This document shows, piece by piece, positions 29,596-39,228 of a stretch of DNA of 52,680 nt. The position numbers and the translations under genes are program-made. The stretch is from Promethearchaeota archaeon (GTDB lineage Archaea; Asgardarchaeota; Lokiarchaeia; Sigyniarchaeales; SOKP01), in assembly GCA_030603385.1 (NCBI GenBank), contig JAUVXW010000033.1, positions 1 through 52,680 on the forward strand. The letters are read 5' to 3'. The notes under the pieces are model-generated. The model did no database searches and was not told where the DNA came from. It saw only the letters and a program-made list of their open reading frames with translations. The number at the start of each line of letters is the position of its first letter. Within the stretch, counting starts at the first letter, position 1.

Positions 29596-30016
29596 AATAG
29601 TAGAAACAAATATAGCTATTGATTTTTTGAGAGGAAATGATTCAAAAGTAGAAAAAAAAATCAAAAATTTAATATCACAAGGAACTGATTTAACGATAAC
29701 TCAAATAACTTCATGTGAATTGTGGTATGGAGTCTATGCTCTAAAATCTAAACCGAAACAAATTGTTGAGGCAAAAAAAATAAATAGTTTTATCGGCAAT
29801 CTTTCCGAAATTAAAACATTAGATTCAAATTCTAGTAAAATTTATGGCGAGATTTGCGCGGAATTGGACAGAAGTGGGCTGCGAGTACCTCAATTTGATT
29901 TATTAAATGCTTCTATAGCAATCGCAAATAAAATTATTCTAATAACTAAAGATAAAAAGCATTTTCCACGAATTAACGCATTTTCAGAATTTGATTTTCT
30001 TGAATTATGGGAATAA
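29588..30016 (+). CDS. vapC: VapC PIN-domain toxin
   Basis: VETNIAID (Glu for the usual Asp), ELWYG, FDLLNAS, LITKDKKHF. Confidence 0.9.
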   Translation: MIKIVETNIAIDFLRGNDSKVEKKIKNLISQGTDLTITQITSCELWYGVYALKSKPKQIVEAKKINSFIGNLSEIKTLDSNSSKIYGEICAELDRSGLRVPQFDLLNASIAIANKIILITKDKKHFPRINAFSEFDFLELWE

Positions 30017-30041
30017 AAAAAAAGAAAAAAAAAAATTAGAT

Positions 30042-31625
30042 TTATTTAGTTAATTTCCAGCGTTTCTTAGCTAATATTATTGTTATCATGCAGACAATTC
30101 CTAATAAAACGAATAAGCTATATCCCGGGATTGCTTCTAGTATACTATCACTCCCATCATCACCTTCAATGGTAATACGCTGAGCATAAATATCATCTTG
30201 AGTGCCATCCCAATCGCTTCTATAATCATCCCATGTTATAATAAAGCCATTTGTAGCATTACCAGATATCCGGGGATTTCCTTGGTCTTCCATAAATAAG
30301 CTAAGTCTTATGCCACCTGAGCTCCATTTCCTTTTTCCACTAGAATCAATACGCTGAACTTGAACATAATCCATTGGAGGGAATGTGCCCGCATCTGCTT
30401 GCCATGTTATTATTGCTCCACCTGACCCATCACTGTGTATATCTTCTAGCCAATGACTCCATGCTATAGACGAACCTATATAATATGCGCTATCTCCACT
30501 AACAGAGATACCATCGATGGTCCACTTCACATCACCATTATTATCGATCTTCTGAGCATAAATTGTTTCATAGTCCATTATATGCCTAAAATCTAACCAC
30601 GCAATAATAGCACCTCCTGTTCCGCCAGAGCAAATTTCAGATAATCCCTGACCATTACTCTCTGTGCATATACCCATACCGTTATCCATCCATAATGTAT
30701 TACCACTTGCATCAATCCGCTGAGCATAGATATCTAGATTATCTCCTCTGCTATCATCCCATGTTATAATCGCCCCCCCTACATTATCACTACAAATTTT
30801 AGGAGCCATTTGGCCACCTGTTGCATTACAAATAACTGTACCATTATCCATCCATAATGTATTACCACTTGCATCAATCCGCTGAGCATAGACATCTCTA
30901 TCAGGGCCTCTGTTATCATCCCATGTTATAATTGCTCCTCCCATCTCATCAATGCATATATCGTGATTCCCCTGATCACCTGTAGCATTACAAATAACTG
31001 TACCATTATCCATCCATAATGTATTACCACTTGCATCAATTCGCTGAGCATAGACATCTCTATCAGGCTCTCTGTCATCCTCCCATGTTATAATTGCTCC
31101 CCCTACATTATCGCTACAAATTGTAGGAGCCATTTGGCCACCTGTAGCATTACAAATAACTGTACCATTATCCATCCATAAAGTATTACCACTTGCATCA
31201 ATCCGCTGAGCATAGACATCTTTATCAGGCCCTCTGTTATCTTCCCATATTATAATCGCTCCCCCTACATTATCACTACAAATCTCATAAACCCATTGAT
31301 CATCTGTAGCATTACAAATAACTGTACCATTATCCATCCATAATGTATTTCCACTTGCATCAATTCGCTGAGCATAAATGTCATCTGATCCGCTTCTACC
31401 ATCTGTCCATGTTATTATCGTCCCTCCTGCTCCGTCGTTGCAGATCTCAGGTTCCCTTTGGTATCCTTCTGCAGTGGTTATAGCTTTACCGTTAGGTGAC
31501 CAGTTGATACTATAAGCTGCCTGGGGTGTTTCCTTTTCATATCTAATGGATTCTTTCTGAAGTGTAATATCACTGATATTATAATTAGATATTATGGAAA
31601 TCATAAGAAAGCTTATTAGAATCAT
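30042..31625 (-). CDS. Secreted beta-propeller-like repeat protein with Loki-CTERM-like membrane anchor
   Basis: Hydrophobic N-terminus; 54-aa repeats (GGAIITWxDxR…DVYAQRIDASGNTLW); C-terminal IPGY + TM + KKR. Confidence 0.85.
   Translation of the reverse strand: MILISFLMISIISNYNISDITLQKESIRYEKETPQAAYSINWSPNGKAITTAEGYQREPEICNDGAGGTIITWTDGRSGSDDIYAQRIDASGNTLWMDNGTVICNATDDQWVYEICSDNVGGAIIIWEDNRGPDKDVYAQRIDASGNTLWMDNGTVICNATGGQMAPTICSDNVGGAIITWEDDREPDRDVYAQRIDASGNTLWMDNGTVICNATGDQGNHDICIDEMGGAIITWDDNRGPDRDVYAQRIDASGNTLWMDNGTVICNATGGQMAPKICSDNVGGAIITWDDSRGDNLDIYAQRIDASGNTLWMDNGMGICTESNGQGLSEICSGGTGGAIIAWLDFRHIMDYETIYAQKIDNNGDVKWTIDGISVSGDSAYYIGSSIAWSHWLEDIHSDGSGGAIITWQADAGTFPPMDYVQVQRIDSSGKRKWSSGGIRLSLFMEDQGNPRISGNATNGFIITWDDYRSDWDGTQDDIYAQRITIEGDDGSDSILEAIPGYSLFVLLGIVCMITIILAKKRWKLTK
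30679..31420. repeat. 162-bp near-identical intragenic tandem repeat, about 4.5 copies
   Basis: The core CCATTATCCATCCATAATGTATTACCACTTGCATCAAT recurs with 0-1 mismatches at 30679, 30841, 31003, 31165 and 31327. Confidence 0.95.
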
Positions 31626-31859
31626 TAAAATTATTTTCTTTTTTTTCTAAGATTTCAACTATTTTTCACTATTTTTGAAATAAATTTAGAAAATATAGAT
31701 TTTCTATAAGAACCTCTAATTAAGTTGCCTATAAAAAGTTACATAGTACGATTTAATATAAAAATTAAAAAAAAGAATTATTAGACATTATGAAAAATTT
31801 AGACGTTATAAAGCCGATTTATATTTGGACAGACATAGTTGTTTATTTTCGATTAATCA

Positions 31860-32204
31860 TTATATCAACTGAACTCCTTCAGAAATCGCGGTTATAATGA
31901 AAGGATTTCCATTCTCTCTCATTTTTTCATATTCTTCTTTAGTATATACAAATGGTTCAATATTGAGATCGTTCGGGACTAAATCTAGAATTTTTCCGAT
32001 TCTATCAAAAAACCTCTCCTTAAAAATTCCTACAATAATTAAATCTATATCGCTATTTTCATGAAAGTCCCCTCTCGCATAACTTCCAAATAATATGACT
32101 TTATCGATACTAAATTGGTTTACTATTGCGTGAAGAAAACCTTTCAAACTTTCTTTAATATCATTCCTACTAATTGGATAATCTTCTGAGCATAAGTTAC
32201 ACAT
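31860..32204 (-). CDS. Minimal nucleotidyltransferase (MNT) antitoxin
   Basis: ILFGSYARGD…SDIDLIIV; adjacent to HEPN; the true start may be slightly downstream. Confidence 0.92.
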   Translation of the reverse strand: MCNLCSEDYPISRNDIKESLKGFLHAIVNQFSIDKVILFGSYARGDFHENSDIDLIIVGIFKERFFDRIGKILDLVPNDLNIEPFVYTKEEYEKMRENGNPFIITAISEGVQLI

Positions 32205-32548
32205 AAATCTGCATCCTCCAACGAGTAATATTCATGAGGAATTTGATCAGGAAGTCCATTTGGGTATCTTGTCGGTATATAATATTGATCTAATACTTTT
32301 GCTTTTTTTAACTTAAAAAATTCATCATTTAACTTTCCACATTCTTCAATAAGTTTTCGTATTGAATGCGTTATCACATTTCTTCTTCGATTTAGGAAAA
32401 GAAATGCTTTCAAAGCCTTTTCGCCTGATTGATGAGCTTGAAAACATGCCCACTCAAAGTTTCCATTCTCTTTACTAACCTGAGCAGCTTCTAAATCATA
32501 TTTAGCTTGTTTGAATCAAATATTTGAATATCTTTCGTTATTTGACAT
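32144..32548 (-). pseudogene. HEPN-domain protein interrupted by an in-frame TGA at codon 11
   Basis: MSNNERYSNI*FKQAKYDLEAA…WACFQAHQSGEKALKA…THSI…YIPTRYPN; stop at 32518-32516. Confidence 0.88.
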
Positions 32549-32838
32549 TTCTTACAATTAAATTATAGTAATTCTTTCTAATATTCTTTTAGTTCTTAAA
32601 TAAAATTTCAAATTACAACATCTATTAAAATTCTCAACGCTTAAGACATTTATTCTAAAAAGAAAAAAAAGGATTACGAATTTACCAAGTGTACTTATCC
32701 ATCTACATATTTAATAAAAGGCATTTCAGAAAGTATTTTTGTTTCTTTTGAAATTTATATATTCATTTTAAAAAAATAAATATAAATATCATTTCTTAAA
32801 TTACATAAAGATAATTAGCAAATTTCTGTGATTTAAGA

Positions 32839-34515
32839 TTGTTTGATAAAAATTATTTGGAAAAGGTCAGAGAAGAAAAAGAGAAGTGGGAAAAACTTTA
32901 TGAAAGTCTAAAAGAACGAGATGTTAAATTTATAACAGATTCTGAAATTCCAATCAAGAACCTTTATACTCCCTTAGATTTAAAAGAAAAAGATTATATA
33001 AGTGACATTGGTTTTCCTGGAATACCTCCATATACTCGAGGTGTATACCCTTCTATGTATAGGGGTCGTTTATGGACTATGAGATTATTTTCAGGTCATG
33101 GAACTCCTGAAGAAACTAATAAAAGATGGAAATTTCTCTATGAAAATGGCGAGACAGGGTTTAGTGCCGCAGTTGATGCATTAACTTTTAATGGAATTGA
33201 CCCTACGAATCCAGATGCAGCCCCCGAAGTTGGAACATCTGGTGTACCATTATATTGTATTGATAGTCTCTTTGCTTTAACTGAAGATATACCCATAGAC
33301 AAAATCAGTGTAGCGCTTGTCGTAGAGCCTTTCACATCTGCACCTGTATGCGCTATGTACTTTAACATGGCCCAAATGCGCGGATATGATATAAGTCAAT
33401 TAATAGGTACAACACAAAATGATATCTTAACAATGACTGTAGGTTACATTCCCTACAAGAATTGCCCCCCTAATCACATTTTACGATTAGCTTGCGATTT
33501 CATTGAATGGACTGTTCCAATGAAAAATGTCCCTAGATGGCACCCAATTAATTTTACTGGATATAATTATCGAGAAGGTGGGATTGATGCAGTTCAAGAA
33601 CTTGGTTTTGTATTCGCGAGTGCTTGTTCTCATATTGATAATCTAATTGAACGAGGATGGAAAGTTGATGATTTCGTGGGGCGTCTTGCGTTTCATTTAG
33701 CAGCTCATAAAGATTTTTTTGAAGAAATCGCAAAATTCAGAGCAGCAAGGAGAATTTGGTATAAATTAATGAAGGATAAGTATGAAGCTGAAGATCCAAA
33801 AAATCTAGGCTTTAGATTTCATGTGCAGACTGCAGGTTCTTCTTTAACAGCGCAATTACCTAAGCTAAATATTGTGAGAACTGCAATTCAAGCTTTAGAA
33901 GCAAATCTAGGTGGTTGTCAATCATTGCACACTAATTCCTATGATGAAGCTATTTGCTTACCATCTGAAGAGGCTGCTTTAGTTGCCTTAAGAACCCAAC
34001 AATATATATCAGATGAAAGCCGGATTCATAATACAATAGATCCTCTCGCAGGCTCATACTTTATTGAATGGCTTACTGATGAGGTTGAAGAAAGGGTGTG
34101 GAAGTATATGGATAAAATCCAACAGGTGGGATCGATTGATAAAGCTCTTTCGTCTGGATTTTTATATAAGGAAATGAGGGATGCCTTTCATAAAAGGAGA
34201 GTGAAAATTGAAAGTGGTGATGAAATTATGCTTGGTGTCAACAAATATTCAGTACCTTACGACACGGTGACAGATGTATTTAGGACGAGTAAAGAGGCAA
34301 TAAAGATAGAAGTTCAACGTATTGAAAAATTAAAAGCTCGGCGAGATAACGCAAAATTAGAGAAAATTTTGGATAAATTGCGAAACGTATGTGAGAAAGA
34401 GGAAAATGTTATGCCTGTGATTATGGAAGCAACAAAAGAAGGGGCAACTGTTGGCGAAATATGTGATATTTATAGAGAAATCTGGGGTATTTGGGAACCT
34501 CCATTAGCAATATAA
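32839..34515 (+). CDS. B12-dependent acyl-CoA mutase, substrate-binding subunit (methylmalonyl-CoA mutase family, atypical active site)
   Basis: PPYTRGVY, WTMR, QNDIL, FFEEIAKFRAAR, HVQTAG, QSLHTNSYDEA, DPLAGSY. Confidence 0.93.
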   Translation: MFDKNYLEKVREEKEKWEKLYESLKERDVKFITDSEIPIKNLYTPLDLKEKDYISDIGFPGIPPYTRGVYPSMYRGRLWTMRLFSGHGTPEETNKRWKFLYENGETGFSAAVDALTFNGIDPTNPDAAPEVGTSGVPLYCIDSLFALTEDIPIDKISVALVVEPFTSAPVCAMYFNMAQMRGYDISQLIGTTQNDILTMTVGYIPYKNCPPNHILRLACDFIEWTVPMKNVPRWHPINFTGYNYREGGIDAVQELGFVFASACSHIDNLIERGWKVDDFVGRLAFHLAAHKDFFEEIAKFRAARRIWYKLMKDKYEAEDPKNLGFRFHVQTAGSSLTAQLPKLNIVRTAIQALEANLGGCQSLHTNSYDEAICLPSEEAALVALRTQQYISDESRIHNTIDPLAGSYFIEWLTDEVEERVWKYMDKIQQVGSIDKALSSGFLYKEMRDAFHKRRVKIESGDEIMLGVNKYSVPYDTVTDVFRTSKEAIKIEVQRIEKLKARRDNAKLEKILDKLRNVCEKEENVMPVIMEATKEGATVGEICDIYREIWGIWEPPLAI

Positions 34516-34534
34516 ATTTTAAGGTGAAAAATCT

Positions 34535-34936
34535 ATGAGTGATAGGAAAATTAGGGTGTTAATGTCAAAACCCGGTATTGATGGCCATTGGCGAGGCGGT
34601 ATTGTTGTATCAAGAGCTATTAGAGACGCAGGTATGGAACTTATCTTTGGAGGTTTTCAAAATGTTCAACAAATTGTTGAAGCCGCGATTCAAGAAGACG
34701 TAGATGTTATTGGTTTAAGTATCCATTCCGGAGCTCACTTTGCATATACACAAGAAGTCATTGATTTATTAAAGGAACGAGGGGTATTGGATAATATAAT
34801 GATTCTTCTTGGTGGAGTAATTCCCGCTAAAGATTTTGCCAAATTAAAAGAGATGGGCGTTGCTAACGTCTATGGACCTGGTTCTATTGTCTCTGACATT
34901 GTTAACTTTATTAAAACCCATATAAAAGAAAAATAA
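34535..34936 (+). CDS. Cobalamin-binding subunit of the acyl-CoA mutase
   Basis: KPGIDGHWRG (DxHxxG), QEDVDVIGLS, GGVIP; GGTGA RBS. Confidence 0.95.
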   Translation: MSDRKIRVLMSKPGIDGHWRGGIVVSRAIRDAGMELIFGGFQNVQQIVEAAIQEDVDVIGLSIHSGAHFAYTQEVIDLLKERGVLDNIMILLGGVIPAKDFAKLKEMGVANVYGPGSIVSDIVNFIKTHIKEK

Positions 34937-35001
34937 AAAAGACATGTAATATTTTTTTTTAATAAATTTTAATTTAACAGCTATTTTTTATTGAGGAATG
35001 T

Positions 35002-35982
35002 ATGTCATTGAAAGTTTCCCATGATTTTGATTCTTTAATTAGCAGATTTAAGAAAAAAGACAAAATTGCTTTAGCAAAATTAATAACTCTCATTGAAAAT
35101 GAACCAGAAAAAGCACACGAGGTTTTCAAACATTTTGAAGATGTAAAGCATGATTCATATATTATTGGGATCACTGGTTCTCCTGGTGTAGGAAAAAGTA
35201 CTTTAACTGGAGCAATCTGCAAAATCTTATTAGATGAAGGAAAGAAAATTGGAATTATTTGTGTAGATCCTACATCTCCTTTTAGTGGAGGTGCATTTTT
35301 AGGGGATAGAGTCCGGATGACTAATATTTCATTACACCCAAATGTGTTTATGCGAAGTCTTGCATCTCGAGGATATAAGGGTGGGATTTCAAGAGCTGTT
35401 TTTGATATTAGCTTATTATATGAAGCATTTGGAATGGATTTAATTATCATAGAAACCGTCGGTGTAGGTCAAGCGGAGTTTGATGTTTACAATCTAGTTT
35501 ATACTGTTGTAGTAATTCTCGTACCAGGTTATGGGGATGCAATACAGATGCAGAAAGCAGGCATAATTGAAATTGGTGATATCTACGACATTAACAAAAA
35601 AGATTTAGGTGGTGAAGATGTTGCTGTACAAATAGAAATGATGCTTGATGATTCTACCTTTCAGAGTGGGTGGAGACCACCAGTCACTATGACTAACGCT
35701 ATTTCTGGGGAAGGTGTTAACGATTTAGTGCAAAATATTATGGATCACAAAGAACATTTAGAATTATCTGAATCTATTGGTGAAAAGAAAAAAAATAGGT
35801 TTAGATATAAAATTAGGGAATTAGTGTATTCAAAGATTAACAAAATCATTTCAGAAAGCTTTCTAAATGAAAAAGAGATTAATGAAATTATAAATCATGC
35901 TCTAGTTGATGGAAAATTTAAAATTTATCGTACTATCCATAATAAATTCGAAGATGTAAATTTCGAAATTAAAAAAAGATAA
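35002..35982 (+). CDS. meaB: Mutase-associated GTPase MeaB
   Basis: GITGSPGVGKST, VDPTSPFSGGAFLGDRVRM, ETVGVGQ, NKKD. Confidence 0.95.
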   Translation: MSLKVSHDFDSLISRFKKKDKIALAKLITLIENEPEKAHEVFKHFEDVKHDSYIIGITGSPGVGKSTLTGAICKILLDEGKKIGIICVDPTSPFSGGAFLGDRVRMTNISLHPNVFMRSLASRGYKGGISRAVFDISLLYEAFGMDLIIIETVGVGQAEFDVYNLVYTVVVILVPGYGDAIQMQKAGIIEIGDIYDINKKDLGGEDVAVQIEMMLDDSTFQSGWRPPVTMTNAISGEGVNDLVQNIMDHKEHLELSESIGEKKKNRFRYKIRELVYSKINKIISESFLNEKEINEIINHALVDGKFKIYRTIHNKFEDVNFEIKKR

Positions 35983-36052
35983 TTAAATTAGTTTATTATT
36001 CAAAGAAACAAGAATAAATCGAAAAATTACTTAAACTGAATTTTTATTAATT

Positions 36053-36859
36053 ATGCCAATATTAGGAATCGATTACGAAAAATGTAACAATTGCCAAATA
36101 TGTTATAATGCATGCACAAGGTATTTCAGACGTGATAAAGAGCAAAATAAAATGGTGTTTGAAGATCCCAATAATCTTTGTGATTCATGTGGGCGTTGCA
36201 TTGCAATGTGTAAATTAGATGCGATTATGTATGAGAATATTGGAGAAATATTAACTTTTGAAGAAGTTCAAGATCCTAGTACATTAATCTCATACGAAAG
36301 TATGCATAAATTTATGAGCGCTAAACGGTCAATTAGGGGATTTAAAAAGAAAAAAGTTCCTAAGGCTGTCTTAGAAAAAGTTTTAGACACTATGAAATAT
36401 GCTCCAACAGGGGCCAACATCCGCACATTACGATGTACCATAATTTCAGATGAGGATAAAATTAAAAAGTTATCCGAAGTGGTGATGGATGCAATAATCG
36501 CATCAAGTAATCCACGGTACAGTGAAAATTTTATAAAAGCTAAAAAACGTGGTATAGATACAATCTTCTATAATGCCCCTCATGTAATGATATTTCACTC
36601 AAGTAATCCTGGAGATGCTATGAATTCTACAATAGCTCTAACATATGGGATGTTATGTGCCCAAACTTTAGGTTTGGGGACCTGTTGGATTGGGCTTGCT
36701 CATGGGGTTCTCTCATCAAATAAAGAAATACGGGAGAAAATTACTGGAATTCATGGTAATGTATGGGGTGTAATAATTATCGGATATCCCACACAAATTT
36801 ACTATCGAGTACCACCGCGCCCAGCCATAAAAACTAAAGGATTAGATAATCTAGAATAA
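36053..36859 (+). CDS. Nitroreductase-family protein with N-terminal ferredoxin domain
   Basis: CNNCQICYNAC/CDSCGRCIAMC; KRSIRGF, APTGAN, GLGTCWIG, IGYP. Confidence 0.92.
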   Translation: MPILGIDYEKCNNCQICYNACTRYFRRDKEQNKMVFEDPNNLCDSCGRCIAMCKLDAIMYENIGEILTFEEVQDPSTLISYESMHKFMSAKRSIRGFKKKKVPKAVLEKVLDTMKYAPTGANIRTLRCTIISDEDKIKKLSEVVMDAIIASSNPRYSENFIKAKKRGIDTIFYNAPHVMIFHSSNPGDAMNSTIALTYGMLCAQTLGLGTCWIGLAHGVLSSNKEIREKITGIHGNVWGVIIIGYPTQIYYRVPPRPAIKTKGLDNLE

Positions 36860-36887
36860 ATTTTATAAACTATCTACTGAAAAAATA

Positions 36888-37259
36888 ATGGTGGAATTCT
36901 GTCCTGAATGTGGTAACTTGTTAAGGAAAAAAACTTGCCCGTGTGGGTATGGTGAGTTGGATGCTACCTCTAAGGATGCGTCTCACAATCATTTGATAAA
37001 AATTTGGAGCCCTCCCTCTACAAATGCCATCTATTGTAAATTAACAGCAACTCCATATGAAAAACTTAAATCTATGCTAAATAAAAGTATGATTCCAGAA
37101 AAATTAAAGGAAGTAAGAGAAAAATTTAAAAATCATCTTTATTCATGCAGAAACTGTGTTTACTATTATGAGGAAACATCTCATTGTAAATTTAAGAATA
37201 AGTATCTAACTAAAGATTCTATATGTAAAAGTTATGAACCATATGATATTATCGGTTGA
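36888..37259 (+). CDS. Small Cys-rich protein with RpoM/TFS-like N-terminal zinc ribbon
   Basis: EFCPECGNLL…CPCGY; C-terminal CRNC…C…C. Confidence 0.6.
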   Translation: MVEFCPECGNLLRKKTCPCGYGELDATSKDASHNHLIKIWSPPSTNAIYCKLTATPYEKLKSMLNKSMIPEKLKEVREKFKNHLYSCRNCVYYYEETSHCKFKNKYLTKDSICKSYEPYDIIG

Positions 37260-37466
37260 GAAGGTTAAATAAGTATCGTTGGCATATATTTTATATTTAA
37301 AACGTGTGCCATTTTTTCTTATCTTTGTTTATTAGCTATAGATGTTTGATAACTCCTTTTTAAATTATTTAGTATCTTGTATTGTACGAAAAGTGCACCT
37401 TAATATTTATAAACGTTTCTCTTAATCATCTTTATATAGTTATAATATCATAGAAATGAGATTATT

Positions 37467-38606
37467 ATGAAACCAAAAATTTTAGTTGTTTTTTGTACCC
37501 TAATTCTGTTTTTGTTTATTTATCCTACAAGTTACAGCGTTGCTGCAGAAAGTAATACTGAATACTTAATCCTGGAACAAGTTAGTCAGATAAATACAGG
37601 GGAAGGTACATTTTATGTGGAAATAAAAGAAAACATCGCGTACGTTTCTGACTTGACTTATAGAGGATTAAAGGTTATCAATGTTAGCAATCCTTCAGAA
37701 CCAGAAATAATAAGTCAATATAGAGATAATAATTCTTATGAGATCCCTCATATATTCTATATCCAGGGGGATATTTTATATCTGGGAGATCATACTGATG
37801 GATTAGAAATTTACAATATTAGTGATCCCCTACATCTTCAAAAAATAGGTGATTGGTGGATTGAAGGTGTTACTGATGATGTGATTGTTGTAGATGATAT
37901 TGCTTACACCGTAAGTTGGGATGAAGGGTTAAGAATAGTCAATGTTAGTGATTTTTCAAGTCCATCTTTAATAGCTACTTATGTTAATGAAAACAATACT
38001 TACCCGCGCGTTCATCTAATAAAAGATTATATCTATATTTATGAAATAGGGTTAACGGGTTCAAAAATGAAAATCATTAATGTAAGTAATCCCAATACTC
38101 CTACAAGTGTGGGAGAGTATATGTGTGAAGCATTAGCTATTGAAGTAATTGACGATATAGCTTATATCGCAGCTGGAGTTCAAGGATTTATTACCCTTAA
38201 TATTAGTGATCCTTTAAATCCTATCGAGTTAGGGCATTATGAGCCTGGGGGAATAATAGGAGGAATAGATGTACAGGGGGATCTAGCTTTCATTACAGAT
38301 GGAGATCAAAAAAGGTTGATGGTACTCAATATAAGTGACCCTACAAAACCTACAATCCTTCAACAATGTGGAAACTTTAATATTGCTTTTGATGTTTGTG
38401 TATCCGATAATTATGCCTATGTAGCTGATTTTGAAGGAGGTCTTAGAATCATACAAATTTGGGGAGATCAACAAAATGATAATCACGCAGATAATCCAAT
38501 AGTAATAGGATATAATAATGCTCTTGGAATTTTATTCCTAACGATTATTACCTGTGGGATAATAATTATCCTTTTCACTAAAAATATTTTAAAGGTGTAT
38601 AAATGA
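37467..38606 (+). CDS. Secreted, membrane-anchored LVIVD-repeat protein
   Basis: Signal peptide; repeated AYV…GLxIxNISDPxxP; C-terminal IGY + TM. Confidence 0.88.
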   Translation: MKPKILVVFCTLILFLFIYPTSYSVAAESNTEYLILEQVSQINTGEGTFYVEIKENIAYVSDLTYRGLKVINVSNPSEPEIISQYRDNNSYEIPHIFYIQGDILYLGDHTDGLEIYNISDPLHLQKIGDWWIEGVTDDVIVVDDIAYTVSWDEGLRIVNVSDFSSPSLIATYVNENNTYPRVHLIKDYIYIYEIGLTGSKMKIINVSNPNTPTSVGEYMCEALAIEVIDDIAYIAAGVQGFITLNISDPLNPIELGHYEPGGIIGGIDVQGDLAFITDGDQKRLMVLNISDPTKPTILQQCGNFNIAFDVCVSDNYAYVADFEGGLRIIQIWGDQQNDNHADNPIVIGYNNALGILFLTIITCGIIIILFTKNILKVYK

Positions 38607-39187
38607 GTCTAAAGAAAAATAAGATCAAAATTAAAATAAGCTCGATCTCTACTAGTATTTCTTCATTCCTAATTCCAATCTTCCAATATGTGCCTTGTAC
38701 TGCTATCTGGTTTGGTATCATGAGTGTTCCATTAATCACATATTTAGGATTCTTTTTTCAAAATCCTGAAATTTTAAAATATGATTACAAATTTTTATCT
38801 GGTACTCATGGATTCTATTATGTGCTATTTGGTTTTATATTATATAGTTATTCTCTAACCCATCAATTAACTCACAGGAAACAATTAATCCGAACCGGTC
38901 CATACAAATATGTGAGACACCCTCAATATATTGCATTTATTTTCATTACTTTGGGATTGACTTTAGTTACTTTTGAAACTAGTCCAGTTTTCAATTTTGA
39001 TATCGGGGATCTCAATGGTTACACTTTTATATTTTATGTTTGGATTGGTGAACTATTAGCCTACATAATTTTAGCAAAAATTGAAGAAATTGCCCTAAAA
39101 GCTAAATATGGAGATAAATTCTTAGAATATGCCGATGATGTGCCTTTTATGTTTCCTCTTTTAAGATTAAAAAGAAATAAAAGCTAA
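38603..39187 (+). CDS. PEMT/isoprenylcysteine carboxyl methyltransferase-family membrane protein
   Basis: LIRTGPYKYVRHPQY, EE..L..KYG..F..Y…VP; ATGA-type overlap with the upstream gene. Confidence 0.85.
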   Translation: MSLKKNKIKIKISSISTSISSFLIPIFQYVPCTAIWFGIMSVPLITYLGFFFQNPEILKYDYKFLSGTHGFYYVLFGFILYSYSLTHQLTHRKQLIRTGPYKYVRHPQYIAFIFITLGLTLVTFETSPVFNFDIGDLNGYTFIFYVWIGELLAYIILAKIEEIALKAKYGDKFLEYADDVPFMFPLLRLKRNKS

Positions 39188-39228
39188 AACGAATAATTCT
39201 CACTAGCTAAAACAAAATTACAAGCAAA

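Noticed and set aside
30679-31420. Regularly spaced repeats as a possible CRISPR array
   Set aside because: The 162-bp in-frame coding repeats have no unique spacers and there are no cas genes; the same applies to 26551-26614 and 52195-52680
32516-32518. In-frame TGA as selenocysteine or UGA=Trp recoding
   Set aside because: It aligns to Trp rather than Cys, TGA terminates other genes in the window, and no convincing SECIS lies downstream
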